Positions 17,943 through 27,888 of a stretch of 64,000 bases of DNA are shown here, one piece after another (position 1 is the stretch's first letter; the number at the start of each line of letters is the position of its first letter). The notes under the pieces were generated by a model. The model was not told where the DNA came from. It ran no database searches and saw only the letters and a list, made by a program, of their open reading frames with translations. This DNA comes from Candidatus Krumholzibacteriota bacterium (lineage in GTDB: Bacteria; Krumholzibacteriota; Krumholzibacteriia; JAJRXK01): contig CAVXTH010000006.1 of assembly GCA_963764625.1 (NCBI GenBank), positions 608,001 through 672,000 of the forward strand, given 5' to 3'. The translations under genes and the position numbers were made by a program.

Positions 17943-20327
17943 ATGGTGTCCACAGAGAAGCAGCAGCACCAACCGGAGATGTCCATGGAGCTCGGTCGAA
18001 TTCCGACGAGCATGGCCATACTGCCCATCAGTGAGGCCGTGGTGTTTCCGTACATGATGGTGCCCTTGGTTCTGTCCGATCCCAATCTCATTCGTCTCGC
18101 CGACGACGCGCTTGCCGACGCGAAAGTCCTGGGCACCTTCGCGCAGCTTCCGGCCAGGAACGAAGAAGAGGAGGAACCGCCGTTCGGCGAGGACATCTAC
18201 GAGGTCGGCACCGCGGTGGCGATCCAGAAGATGCTGCGCTTTCCCGACGGGAGCATGCGTCTCTTGGGGCAGGGCGTCGCGAGAATCCGCCGCAAACGCT
18301 ACAAATCGACCGAGCCGTATCTGGTCGCCGATGTCGAGGTGCTCGAGGAGCTTCCCGCCACCGATACGCGAACCATCGCCCTGATGCGGGGGGTTGCGAA
18401 CAACTTCATCAAGATCGTCGAATCGAGCGAAGCGCTGAGCGATGAGCTGAGAGTGGTCGCGATGAACATCGACGATCCGGGACGTCTCGCGGACATGGTT
18501 GCGACGAACCTGGAGATTTCCGTCGAAGAGAAGCAGGAGGCGCTGGAGATTCTTCATCCGCGGAAGCGGCTGGAGATGCTGAGCAAGGTCGTGCTGCGCG
18601 AGTTGGAGGTGGTGGAGCTCGGGGAACGCATCCAGAGCCGCGTGCGCAAGGCGATGGACAAGGACCAACGGGAGTACTACCTGAGGCAGCAGCTCAAGGC
18701 GATCCAACGTGAGCTGGGTGACGTCGATCAGAGTACGGTCGAACTGGACGAGTTGAGAGAGGCGATCGAGGAGGCCGCGCTGCCCGACTCCGTGCGGGAG
18801 GTCACGGTCAAGGAATTCGGACGGCTCGCGCGCATGAGTCCAGGTGCGAGCGAATACACAGTCTCGATGACCTACATCGATTGGATCCTCGATCTGCCGT
18901 GGCTGAAGTCCACCGAGGACAACCTGAATCTCAAGCGGGCGGAGAACATTCTCGAACGCGATCACTACGGGCTCCACGACGTGAAGGAACGCATCCTGGA
19001 GTTCCTCGCGGTCAAGAAGCTCAAGAGCGACATGCGCGGACCCATCCTCTGTCTCGTCGGCCCTCCGGGCGTTGGCAAGACGAGTCTGGGCAAGTCGATC
19101 GGCGAGGCGATCGGGAGGAATTTCTATCGCCTGAGCCTGGGAGGAATGCGAGACGAAGCCGAGATCCGCGGCCACCGGCGCACGTACGTGGGCGCAATGC
19201 CCGGTCGAATTCTGCACGGCATCAAGACCGCAGGATCGAGGAATCCTCTCATCATGCTCGACGAGATCGACAAGCTGGGCAGTGATTTTCGGGGCGATCC
19301 GGCCAGCGCGCTTCTCGAAGTGCTGGATCCAGCCCAGAACAACACCTTCACCGATCACTACCTCAATATGCCCTTCGATCTCTCTGACGTGCTTTTCATT
19401 TGCACCGCGAACATGTTGGACACCATCCCCAGGCCGCTTCTCGACCGTATGGAGATCATTCACATCGCGGGATACACGCGCCTCGAAAAGTTGGAGATCG
19501 CCAAGCGTTACTTAGTGCCGCGCCAGGTGACCGAGAACGGTCTCACGCGGGGCAAGATTCGCTTCACCGACGCGTCGATCACCCACATGATCACCGAGTA
19601 CACGGCCGAGGCGGGAGTTCGAAACTTGGAGAGGACGATCGGGAGCATTTGCCGCAAAGCCGCACGCGGTTTCGCGACGGGCAAACGCAAGCCGGTGAAC
19701 ATCTCGGTGAAGAACCTCGAAACCTATCTCGGAGTTGCCCACTTCGCCGAGGACGAGAGAAAGAGCCATCCGATGATCGGAGTCACGGCTGGCCTCGCCT
19801 GGACCTCGGTGGGAGGGCGGATTCTTTTCGTCGAGGCGGTGGAGATGCCGGGTAATGGAAATCTGCGGCTGACCGGACAACTGGGAAGCGTGATGCAGGA
19901 ATCGGCGCAGGCCGCATTGAGCTACATCCGCTCGCGCTACTCGAAGACCGAAGAGCAAGCGAAGTGGTTCAGCACTCATGACATCCACATCCATCTTCCT
20001 GCCGGGGCCGTTCCCAAGGACGGACCCAGCGCGGGGGTGGCAATCGCGACCTCGCTGATGAGCCTCTTCCGCAAGATCCCGGTTCACCACCGGGTTGCCA
20101 TGACGGGCGAAATCTCACTGACGGGGGAGGTGATGCCTATCGGTGGTCTCAGCGCCAAGATCCTCGCCGCCCATCGAGTGGGCATGCGGGAGGTCATCAT
20201 CCCGGCCGCGAACGAGAAGGACCTCGAGGACCTCCCTGAGGAGGTGACCGGGGCGATCGATTTCCACCCGGTCTCCTGGGTGGAAGAGGCTTGGAAAGTT
20301 GCCCTCACCCGAGACTTTCAGGAGTAG
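17943..20327 (+). CDS. lon: ATP-dependent protease La
   Basis: LON N-domain, QREYYLRQQLKAIQ.ELG, Walker A GPPGVGKTS, LDEIDK, PKDGPSAG, GGL..K. Confidence 0.97.
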   Translation: MVSTEKQQHQPEMSMELGRIPTSMAILPISEAVVFPYMMVPLVLSDPNLIRLADDALADAKVLGTFAQLPARNEEEEEPPFGEDIYEVGTAVAIQKMLRFPDGSMRLLGQGVARIRRKRYKSTEPYLVADVEVLEELPATDTRTIALMRGVANNFIKIVESSEALSDELRVVAMNIDDPGRLADMVATNLEISVEEKQEALEILHPRKRLEMLSKVVLRELEVVELGERIQSRVRKAMDKDQREYYLRQQLKAIQRELGDVDQSTVELDELREAIEEAALPDSVREVTVKEFGRLARMSPGASEYTVSMTYIDWILDLPWLKSTEDNLNLKRAENILERDHYGLHDVKERILEFLAVKKLKSDMRGPILCLVGPPGVGKTSLGKSIGEAIGRNFYRLSLGGMRDEAEIRGHRRTYVGAMPGRILHGIKTAGSRNPLIMLDEIDKLGSDFRGDPASALLEVLDPAQNNTFTDHYLNMPFDLSDVLFICTANMLDTIPRPLLDRMEIIHIAGYTRLEKLEIAKRYLVPRQVTENGLTRGKIRFTDASITHMITEYTAEAGVRNLERTIGSICRKAARGFATGKRKPVNISVKNLETYLGVAHFAEDERKSHPMIGVTAGLAWTSVGGRILFVEAVEMPGNGNLRLTGQLGSVMQESAQAALSYIRSRYSKTEEQAKWFSTHDIHIHLPAGAVPKDGPSAGVAIATSLMSLFRKIPVHHRVAMTGEISLTGEVMPIGGLSAKILAAHRVGMREVIIPAANEKDLEDLPEEVTGAIDFHPVSWVEEAWKVALTRDFQE

Positions 20328-20329
20328 AC

Positions 20330-21391
20330 GTGCCGCCTTCGTTTCTTTCGCGGGTTCTGGGGCGCCCCACCAACGGGGCGGTCGCTAGCAAAGACGCCTT
20401 CCGTCTGCCGGGCGCTCTGTTCGACGGCGTACGTGTGCTCCTCATCGACTCGGGCGATTACACCGATCTGCTCTTCGCCATGCCTCTGATCGAGGAGATC
20501 CACGACCGCTTTCCCAATTCGAAGGTGGGGCTCGTCAGCGACGACCGGGCCCATTATCTCGCCCTTTCGAGCGGTGCATTTCACGAATTGGTTGTGTATT
20601 CCCCCGAACAGTTGAACTTGAACTCGAAGGGCTTCGAAAACCTGGCCGAGGCGGTGCATGCCGAGCCCTGGGACGTGGCGATCCTCCTGGGCCGGGGACC
20701 CGATCAGGCGCGGGAGGAGTTGGCTCTGGCCAGCGGGGCCCAGCTCCGGGTAGGGGCGGCGCACGCGAAGAGCTACCCGCGGATCAACTGCGCGGTGCGC
20801 GCCACTCGCGAGGCCCACTACCCGTATCGGCGCACCGCGACCTGGGGCAAGCTCTTCGGCCTTCCCCTCGACCACGCGCCCCTGCACTGGCCGTTGCCGG
20901 ATTCCAAGGTACGCCAGGTCGCTCAACTGGTGCACTTCAACAAACCGCGCAAGGACGAGCTCCTCATCGGAGTCGATCCGGGGCAGGGCAAGGTAGGCAC
21001 TCTGTTGGGGGCGGAGAACCTGGCCTTTTTGGCCAACCATTTGGGGAAGCGAATTCGCTCCAAGACATTGGTGCTCTCGGCGGACGAGAACACCGAAAGA
21101 GTGGCCGAATTCAGCGCACTCCTCACTCTGGAGAAACTGGAGCTGCCCCGTCCCACGCTGCTGGAAACAGTACTCCTCTTGAGCCAGTGCGAGGTCCTGG
21201 TGGCCGGAAACACCGATCTATTCCATTTTGCCGTCGCCCTGGGAGTGCCCGCGCTTGGCCTCTTCACCTCGCGCGATGGAAAGCGTTGGCGTCCCGACGA
21301 GGGAGAGCGCGTGGAGATTCTCGAACTCGAAGATGGCGGAAATCTCGAACTCTCCACCGTGTCGACTTGCTTCGATCGTCTTATCGGATGA
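20330..21391 (+). CDS. Glycosyltransferase family 9 protein (divergent)
   Basis: GT9-like N-terminus (D.LFAMPLI..I...FP) and C-terminus (GNT...H.A.ALGVP..GLF..RW.P). Confidence 0.65.
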   Translation: MPPSFLSRVLGRPTNGAVASKDAFRLPGALFDGVRVLLIDSGDYTDLLFAMPLIEEIHDRFPNSKVGLVSDDRAHYLALSSGAFHELVVYSPEQLNLNSKGFENLAEAVHAEPWDVAILLGRGPDQAREELALASGAQLRVGAAHAKSYPRINCAVRATREAHYPYRRTATWGKLFGLPLDHAPLHWPLPDSKVRQVAQLVHFNKPRKDELLIGVDPGQGKVGTLLGAENLAFLANHLGKRIRSKTLVLSADENTERVAEFSALLTLEKLELPRPTLLETVLLLSQCEVLVAGNTDLFHFAVALGVPALGLFTSRDGKRWRPDEGERVEILELEDGGNLELSTVSTCFDRLIG

Positions 21392-21445
21392 TCGACCGAG
21401 TCGAAATCCTTCCGCCCGACTCTCAACGAAAGAATCGCCGCGAGT

Positions 21446-23389
21446 ATGCGTGACTGGCTCCGACTGCTGGGAATGTTGCGTTCCTATCGACGCCAGAGCG
21501 CCATGCTGGTCGTAAGCATTTTCTTGGCCTCGGTGCTTTCCACCGTCGGGATCACCTTCATCTCACCGCTCTTGCGAATCCTCTTCCTCGACCAACCGGC
21601 AACGCCTGCGGTGGAGATGGTCCACAGCGCCGGTCAAGAGGCAAACCCCAACGGTGCGGCGGTGCGGGAGGAGACGGCCAAGCCGAACCCGTCGAACGCG
21701 ATTCCGGTTCCCGAGAAACTCTCGCGTGCGCGGCACGGAATCCAGACCTGGGTCGAGAGTCATCTGTACAAAGGCGATCGGGGCGCGATGCTCTTGCGCG
21801 TCTCGGTGTTGCTCTTCTTGCTCTACCTGGCCAAGAATCTCTTCGCCTTCGCCCAGGGAGGTCTTACCGCCATCCTCGAGCAGAAAGTCATCTACGACAT
21901 TCGGCAGAACCTGTTCCAGGCCATCCAGAGCATGCCGTTGCGATACTTCTCCCAGGAGAGAACCGGCTATCTGATGAGTCGGGTGATCATCGACGTCGAT
22001 ATGATGCGCGGAGGGCTTGTGGGCTGCGCCTCGCAGATCCTGTCCAACACGATCATGGTCACTTTCGCCCTGGTGCTGGTGCTGTGGTGGAGCTGGCAAC
22101 TCTCCTTGGCCACTTTGATCATTGTTCCGCCCAACATCCTGCTCATGGGCTATCTCAGCAAGAAGATGCGCAAGGGAAGCCATCGGACGCAGGAATCGAT
22201 GGGAGCGCTCGCCACGGTCTTGCAGGAAACCATCGCGGGAATTCGCATCGTGAAAGCATTCACCATGGAAGCGGCGGAGAAGTTGCGCTACGGAAAGGAG
22301 AATCAGCGCTACTACAAGGCCTACACCAAGATGAAAGTGCTCGAGGCCCTCTCCTCGCCAGTGAGCGAGGTGTTGGGAATCGCCACCGCGGTCGTGATCC
22401 TCGCTTTCGGCGGTCACCTCGTTCTCGCCGGAAGGCTGCGCCCCGATCTTTTGGTGGCGTTTCTCGGCGTCATGCTCTGGGTCATCGGTCCCATCAAGAA
22501 CCTCATCAAGGTGAACAGCACCCTGCAGCAGAGCCTGGCTGCGGCCCGACGGGTGTTTCTCATTCTCGACTCGGAGAAAGAAGAGCTCAACGAGAACGGA
22601 CTTCGAGAGTTCGACGGCCCCCGCCAGGCGATCGTGTTCGACCAGGTCTCGTTCGACTATCGCAACGACGTGGCGGTGTTACGCGACATTTCGCTTACGA
22701 TTCCCGCGGGGAGCACGCTGGGAATCGTGGGACCCTCAGGAGCGGGCAAGTCGACCCTGGTCGATCTCATCCCACGCTTCTACCATCCCAGCGCGGGCCG
22801 GATCACTCTTGACGGCGTTAATCTGGAAGACATCTACCTTCCCACGCTGCGGTCGCTGGTGGGGGTGGTGACGCAAGAGGTCATCCTCTTCAACGATACC
22901 ATCTCTTCGAACATCTCCTACGGTTCCTCGAATGCCACCCGCGAGGCCATCATCGCGGCCGCGAAGGCCGCGAACGCGCATGATTTCATCAGCGAGTTTC
23001 CCGAGGGCTACGAGACGACCGTGGGGGAGAGAGGAACGCAGCTCTCCGGAGGCCAGAGGCAGCGGATCGCGATCGCGCGGGCGATCCTCCGCGACCCACC
23101 AATTCTCATCTTCGACGAAGCAACCAGTTCCCTGGACACCGAGAGCGAAAAGCTGGTGCAGGAAGCGATCGAGAGGTTGGTGGAGGGACGCACCACGATC
23201 GTGATCGCGCACCGTCTTTCGACCCTGGTGCGCGCCGACAGTATCGTGGTGCTGGAGGACGGCCGCATCGTGGAGGAGGGTGTGCACGAGAGTCTGCTCG
23301 AGCATCAGGGCGTCTACCGGAGGTTGTATGAGCTCCAGGACAGCGGGCGACCGACCAAGCCTGGCCCTTCTCCCGAACTGGCTGGGTGA
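21446..23389 (+). CDS. msbA: MsbA-type ABC exporter (TMD + NBD)
   Basis: Six-TM domain, GPSGAGKST, LSGGQRQR, DEATSSLD.ESE..VQ.A, IAHRLST; located in the LPS locus. Confidence 0.8.
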   Translation: MRDWLRLLGMLRSYRRQSAMLVVSIFLASVLSTVGITFISPLLRILFLDQPATPAVEMVHSAGQEANPNGAAVREETAKPNPSNAIPVPEKLSRARHGIQTWVESHLYKGDRGAMLLRVSVLLFLLYLAKNLFAFAQGGLTAILEQKVIYDIRQNLFQAIQSMPLRYFSQERTGYLMSRVIIDVDMMRGGLVGCASQILSNTIMVTFALVLVLWWSWQLSLATLIIVPPNILLMGYLSKKMRKGSHRTQESMGALATVLQETIAGIRIVKAFTMEAAEKLRYGKENQRYYKAYTKMKVLEALSSPVSEVLGIATAVVILAFGGHLVLAGRLRPDLLVAFLGVMLWVIGPIKNLIKVNSTLQQSLAAARRVFLILDSEKEELNENGLREFDGPRQAIVFDQVSFDYRNDVAVLRDISLTIPAGSTLGIVGPSGAGKSTLVDLIPRFYHPSAGRITLDGVNLEDIYLPTLRSLVGVVTQEVILFNDTISSNISYGSSNATREAIIAAAKAANAHDFISEFPEGYETTVGERGTQLSGGQRQRIAIARAILRDPPILIFDEATSSLDTESEKLVQEAIERLVEGRTTIVIAHRLSTLVRADSIVVLEDGRIVEEGVHESLLEHQGVYRRLYELQDSGRPTKPGPSPELAG

Positions 23390-24386
23390 TTTGGTGATGG
23401 CCTTGCCGGCTCTACGGTGTCTCCAGGAGGAGGGACCGGTAGTGGGCGTGGGCGCGCCGGCCCTGCTGGAGCTACTCGAGGATCTCGGCGCGGTCGATGC
23501 GAGCGTGCGTTACGAGCGCCGCGGCGCCGACCGGGGCCCGCGGGGTCTGTGGCGCACCGCGCGGCGGTGCGCGCGCTTCCATCCGCGCAGGGCCTTGATC
23601 TTTCCGCCCTCCTTTCGCGCGGCTCTGTTGGCCTTTCTCAGCTCGTGCCCTCATCGACGCGGTCATCCGGTCGACGGACGGCGGTTCCTGTTGAGCGATC
23701 CCTATCCGCAGCCGAGCCCGCCGCGCAGCCGGCATCAAGCCGAAGTCTGGTGGGCCATGGCGAAGGGGGTGGAGCTGGACGAGACGCCTCCGCAAGCAGC
23801 GCCCCTCGTTCCAGGAAAGGGCTCGCGAAGAGCTCTTGGCGCCCTGCGCGCGCGGATGAAGCGGCTGGCCGCACCCGGGCGCTACGCGGTGCTTGCGCCC
23901 GCGGTCCGCTATGGGCCAGCTAAGCAATGGCCAGCCAATAACTTCGCTGTATTATCTCAGAAGCTAGTTGAAGAGATGAATCTGCAGGTGGTGGTGGTCG
24001 CCGGGGCCGGAAGCGAGGAAGCGGGGGTGGCGGAGGCGGTGGAGCACGCGGCCGCGGTGGTGAATCTGGCCGGACAGACCGATTTGTTGGCCCTGAGTGG
24101 ATTGCTCCATGAGGCCGCGCTCTTCGTGGGGAACGACAGTGGTCCGGCGCACCTGGCGGCCGCGCTGGGGACGCCCACGGTGACGATTTTTGGTTCGACG
24201 AACCCGATCTGGACCGCGCCGCGGGGAGAACGGGTGAGAATCGTGGGTCCCCATCCGGTGCCGTGCAGCCCGTGTTACTTGAAGAGCTGCCCCATCGGTC
24301 TGCCCTGCCTCGAGGAGTTGGGGGTGGAGCAGGTGTTTCAGGAAGTTCTCGAACTCGTGCGCGGAGAGAGTGCAAGCGATGTCTGA
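23328..24386 (+). CDS. waaF: Lipopolysaccharide heptosyltransferase II
   Basis: PNWLGD.VMALPAL, P...YGPAK.WP, NLAGQT.L, NDSGPAHLAAALG.P.V.IFGST, C.PC....CP. Confidence 0.85.
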   Translation: MSSRTAGDRPSLALLPNWLGDLVMALPALRCLQEEGPVVGVGAPALLELLEDLGAVDASVRYERRGADRGPRGLWRTARRCARFHPRRALIFPPSFRAALLAFLSSCPHRRGHPVDGRRFLLSDPYPQPSPPRSRHQAEVWWAMAKGVELDETPPQAAPLVPGKGSRRALGALRARMKRLAAPGRYAVLAPAVRYGPAKQWPANNFAVLSQKLVEEMNLQVVVVAGAGSEEAGVAEAVEHAAAVVNLAGQTDLLALSGLLHEAALFVGNDSGPAHLAAALGTPTVTIFGSTNPIWTAPRGERVRIVGPHPVPCSPCYLKSCPIGLPCLEELGVEQVFQEVLELVRGESASDV

Positions 24387-24981
24387 GAACCAGCAAAGGA
24401 AATGGCGCGCCGTGGTCTGGCTCGACCGGGACGGAACGCTCGTCGACGACCCGGGCTATCTCGACGACCCGGTGCAGCTTCGTCTCCTTCCGAACACGGC
24501 GCGCGCGGTGGCGCGACTCAACGCGGCCGGGTTTTGCGTGGTGCTCATCACCAATCAGAGCGGCATTGCGCGTGGTTTGATGAGTCGCGAGACGGTCGAG
24601 GGCATTCACGCCGCGCTCCGCGAGATCTTGGCACGCGAATCGGCCCATCTGGACGGCATCTATTTCTGCCCGCACCTTCCGGCCGAGGAGACGAAGCGGG
24701 GGGAAGAGCCCTGCGCGTGCCGCAAGCCAAAAAAGGGTCTGGTGGTTCGTGCCACGCAGGAGCTCGGTCTTGGAGGCCTTCCCTCGGTCGTGGTGGGAGA
24801 CAAGGCGAGCGATCTCGAACTGGCGCGACGGATTGGCAGTCGCAGCGTACTCGTGCGGACGGGCGAGGGCCGAAGCACCGAGGGTTCTCTCGAGCGCTCT
24901 TCCGTCACCGCGGACCACGTGAGCGATGACCTCGCAGGGGCGGCCGAGTGGATCGTGAGCACCCTGGGGCGGGCTCGATGA
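24379..24981 (+). CDS. gmhB: D-glycero-D-manno-heptose 1,7-bisphosphate phosphatase
   Basis: LDRDGTL, TNQSGIARG, YFCPH.P, C.CRKP..G, VGDK.SD, VRTG.G. Confidence 0.92.
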   Translation: MSENQQRKWRAVVWLDRDGTLVDDPGYLDDPVQLRLLPNTARAVARLNAAGFCVVLITNQSGIARGLMSRETVEGIHAALREILARESAHLDGIYFCPHLPAEETKRGEEPCACRKPKKGLVVRATQELGLGGLPSVVVGDKASDLELARRIGSRSVLVRTGEGRSTEGSLERSSVTADHVSDDLAGAAEWIVSTLGRAR

Positions 24982-26039
24982 GTTCGGAACAGACGAAACC
25001 GGTGCGGAGGATCGTGGTGACACGGCTGCGTTACTTGGGCGATGTCGTGTTGAGCACTCCTCTTCTCGCAGCGTTACGCGAAGCCCATCCCGAGGCCACG
25101 ATCGAATATCTGACTTTGGCGAACTACGCCGAGGTTCTCTTGCACCACCCCTGCGTGGATCGAATCCACGCCTTACCCAACAAAGCCGGTCCGCTCGCGA
25201 GCCTCAAGATGGCGGCGACGCTCGCGTGGCCGCGCGTCGATTGGTGGTTCGATCTCTTCGGAAATCCGCGAAGCGCTCTGCTGTGTGCCCTGGCGCGACC
25301 TCGGCATTCCGTGGGACCAGCCCGAGGGATTCGCTCGCGGGTTTTCCAGCACCGTCGCGGTGGGCCGGAACATCCGGTCTCCGCCATCGACCATCACCTC
25401 GACAAGGCAGAGCCCTTGCTCGGCCACGTGGAAGGGCGCCGCGTGCGCTTGGAACTGAGCCCCGAAGAACTCGACGCGATTCAAACCAGGTTTCCGGCGC
25501 TGGGCGAGAAGTCGCCCATTCTGCTGCATCCGGGAGCTACCTGGCCCAGCAAGGCCTGGCCCGCGGCCAAATGGTCGGCTCTCGTCGAAGCGCTGGAACG
25601 TGCCCACCTGGGGCCGGTTTGGATCCTGTGCGCGAGTGGGGAGGAGGAACTCAGCCACGCCATCGCGGCGCGCGCGAATGCGCAGTGCCGCGTCCTCGCA
25701 CCGCTGAGTCTGAGACCGCTTATGGCGCTCATCGCGAGGGCACGAGCGTACGTGGGAAACGATGGTGGCGTGTTGCACTGCGCGGTGGGGCTCTCCACGC
25801 CCACCGTCGGTCTCTTCGGCCCCACCGAGCGCGAGATCTGGTTCCCCCACGAGCGCTTCGGTGGTTGTCGTCTGATCCAGGAGGAAGTCCCCTGCCGGCC
25901 CTGTCATCGGCATGAATGCGATCATCTTTCGTGCCTGCGCGCGCTTCCGGTGTTTCGCGTGGTGGAGAGTCTGCGCGAGCTTCTGCAAGAAGTCGAAGGA
26001 CCGTCCTTCAGGCGGGGAGGACTGGTGGCCCATGGCTGA
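24978..26039 (+). CDS. Glycosyltransferase family 9 (heptosyltransferase-like)
   Basis: LRYLGDVVLSTP, HPGATWPSK.WP, NDGG.LH.A, LFGPT, C.PC....C. Confidence 0.88.
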   Translation: MSSEQTKPVRRIVVTRLRYLGDVVLSTPLLAALREAHPEATIEYLTLANYAEVLLHHPCVDRIHALPNKAGPLASLKMAATLAWPRVDWWFDLFGNPRSALLCALARPRHSVGPARGIRSRVFQHRRGGPEHPVSAIDHHLDKAEPLLGHVEGRRVRLELSPEELDAIQTRFPALGEKSPILLHPGATWPSKAWPAAKWSALVEALERAHLGPVWILCASGEEELSHAIAARANAQCRVLAPLSLRPLMALIARARAYVGNDGGVLHCAVGLSTPTVGLFGPTEREIWFPHERFGGCRLIQEEVPCRPCHRHECDHLSCLRALPVFRVVESLRELLQEVEGPSFRRGGLVAHG

Positions 26040-27060
26040 TCCGCGTCACGTACTGATTCTGCGCCGGCGGGCCGTGGGGGATATCATCGTCTCACTTTCC
26101 CTGGTGCGCGCTCTTCGCCGCCTTTGGCCTCAGGCGCGCCTCTCTATGGTGGTGGACCGCATCGCGTCCGAGTTGATCGAGCATTCCGGCGCCGTGGACG
26201 AAGTCCTCGTCTATGCACCGCCCTTGGGAACAGCCGCGCGTCTCGCGCACGACCTGAAGTGGATCGCCAAACTCCGGGCCCAGGACTACGATGTCACGCT
26301 CGATCTTCTGGGAACCCCGCAGACGGCTCAGTGGACGCGGCTCATTGCCTCCCGCGTGCGGGTGGGACGAAGAAGACGGTGGAGGAGTTGGGCCTACAAC
26401 TACCTGCTCGAGCCATGCCACAGCGGGGTCCGCTTCGCGGGTGACGAGGTCCTGGATTTCGCGCGGGCTCTGGGGGCTCGGGTGAAGGACTGGGAACCGG
26501 CCGCGGTCCTGCCCCCGGACGATGCCGGGCCGTCGGGAGCTCTCCCGGTCGGAAAGGGCCCTTGGGTGGTGTTGCACGCCCCCGCGAACTGGGAGGCGAA
26601 GGCCTGGCCTACGCGGCATTGGGTCGAGCTGGTGCGAGGGCTCTCCGCCGCCGGGATCGAGCGCATGGAGCTGTCGTGGGGCCCGGGGGAAGAAAAGTGG
26701 CGCGATGAGATCATGCGGGAAACCGAAGGGTTGGTTCAGGCCATGCCACCCACTACTCTGCTGGAACTCGCGCGCCGGCTCTCGCGATGCGATCTACTCG
26801 TCTCGATCGATAGCGGTCCGGTTCACCTGGCGGTAGCGGAAGGAACTCCAACTCTGACCCTCTTCGGCAGCACCGACGAACGAGGATGGCACCATTCCTC
26901 ATCCATCCATCGTGCGCTCGTGCACGAGGTGGAATGCCGGCCGTGCGATCTGACGACCTGCCCGGTGCAGGGACATCCCTGCCTCGATTCTCTGCCGCCG
27001 GCGCAAGTGTGCACGGCGGCACTCAAACTCCTGGCGGAACGGGCGGAGGTTCGGGGATGA
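26032..27060 (+). CDS. Glycosyltransferase family 9 (heptosyltransferase-like)
   Basis: VGDII, W.AK.WP, WGPGE, DSGPVHLA, LFGST, C.PC....CP. Confidence 0.88.
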   Translation: MADPRHVLILRRRAVGDIIVSLSLVRALRRLWPQARLSMVVDRIASELIEHSGAVDEVLVYAPPLGTAARLAHDLKWIAKLRAQDYDVTLDLLGTPQTAQWTRLIASRVRVGRRRRWRSWAYNYLLEPCHSGVRFAGDEVLDFARALGARVKDWEPAAVLPPDDAGPSGALPVGKGPWVVLHAPANWEAKAWPTRHWVELVRGLSAAGIERMELSWGPGEEKWRDEIMRETEGLVQAMPPTTLLELARRLSRCDLLVSIDSGPVHLAVAEGTPTLTLFGSTDERGWHHSSSIHRALVHEVECRPCDLTTCPVQGHPCLDSLPPAQVCTAALKLLAERAEVRG

Positions 27061-27888
27061 GCTCGATCGGGGCGATCGTGATCACGCGAAACGAGGCACG
27101 CAATATCGAGGCGTGCATGCAAGGGCTTGCCTTTTGTGCGCAACGGGTGATCGTGGATTCGTTCAGTGATGACGAAACGGTGGAGCTCGCCCGCCCCCTC
27201 GCTGACAAGATTTATCGACGCACATTCACCAGCTGGGGAGAGCAGAAGAACTGGGCGCTCGAGCAACTCGACACCGAGTGGGCGCTCATCGTCGACGCTG
27301 ACGAGCGCGTGGGAGAAGCGCTGTCCCGGGAGATCCAGGGGGCCGTAACTTCCGGCGCGAAGGATGCATATTGGATAAGGCGGAAGAATTACTTCTTCGG
27401 CCGTTGCATCCGCGGAGCGGGCTGGAATCGGGATAGAGTACTGCGGCTCATGCGCTTGCAGGCGGGGCGCTACGACGAACGACGGGTGCACGAGGAAATC
27501 CGGCTGCACCCGGGGCGGCGTGCGGGGGAACTCGAACACCGGCTGGATCATTTCTCCTATGAGGACTGGTCTTCCACTTTCGCCCGGATGTCGGCCTACA
27601 GTAGCCGCGGAGCGGCGGACGCACTGGCGGCGGGACAGCGCGCCACGATCTGGCGCCTGATCTCTCGCGCCCAGTGTGCGGTTCTGGAGGCAGTATCTCC
27701 TGCAGGGAGGCTTTCGGGACGGAGTGCACGGTCTGGTTCTCTGCGGGCTTGGCGCCTCTCAGCTTTTCTTGAAGCTGGCCAAGATGCGTTTGGGCGAGCT
27801 TCCCATGACCGCCGAGGACAATGGCGCGGGAGAAGTGGAAATCGTGCAAGGTCCCGCCCCGCGAGAGAGCGAGAAGGAGAACGAGTGA
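27057..27888 (+). pseudogene. GT2 LPS glycosyltransferase (WaaE/KdtX-like) split by a +1 frameshift near 27669 (real lesion or sequencing error)
   Basis: IT.NE..NI, VDS.S.D.T, QKNWAL, DADE, VHE in one frame. The family C-terminus RFWRQYLLQGGFRDG..GL lies in the +1 frame and ends at TGA 27888. Confidence 0.85.

Noticed and set aside
17850-19463. 537-aa antisense ORF over lon
   Set aside because: Typical high-GC shadow ORF opposite a strongly conserved gene; no recognisable motifs.
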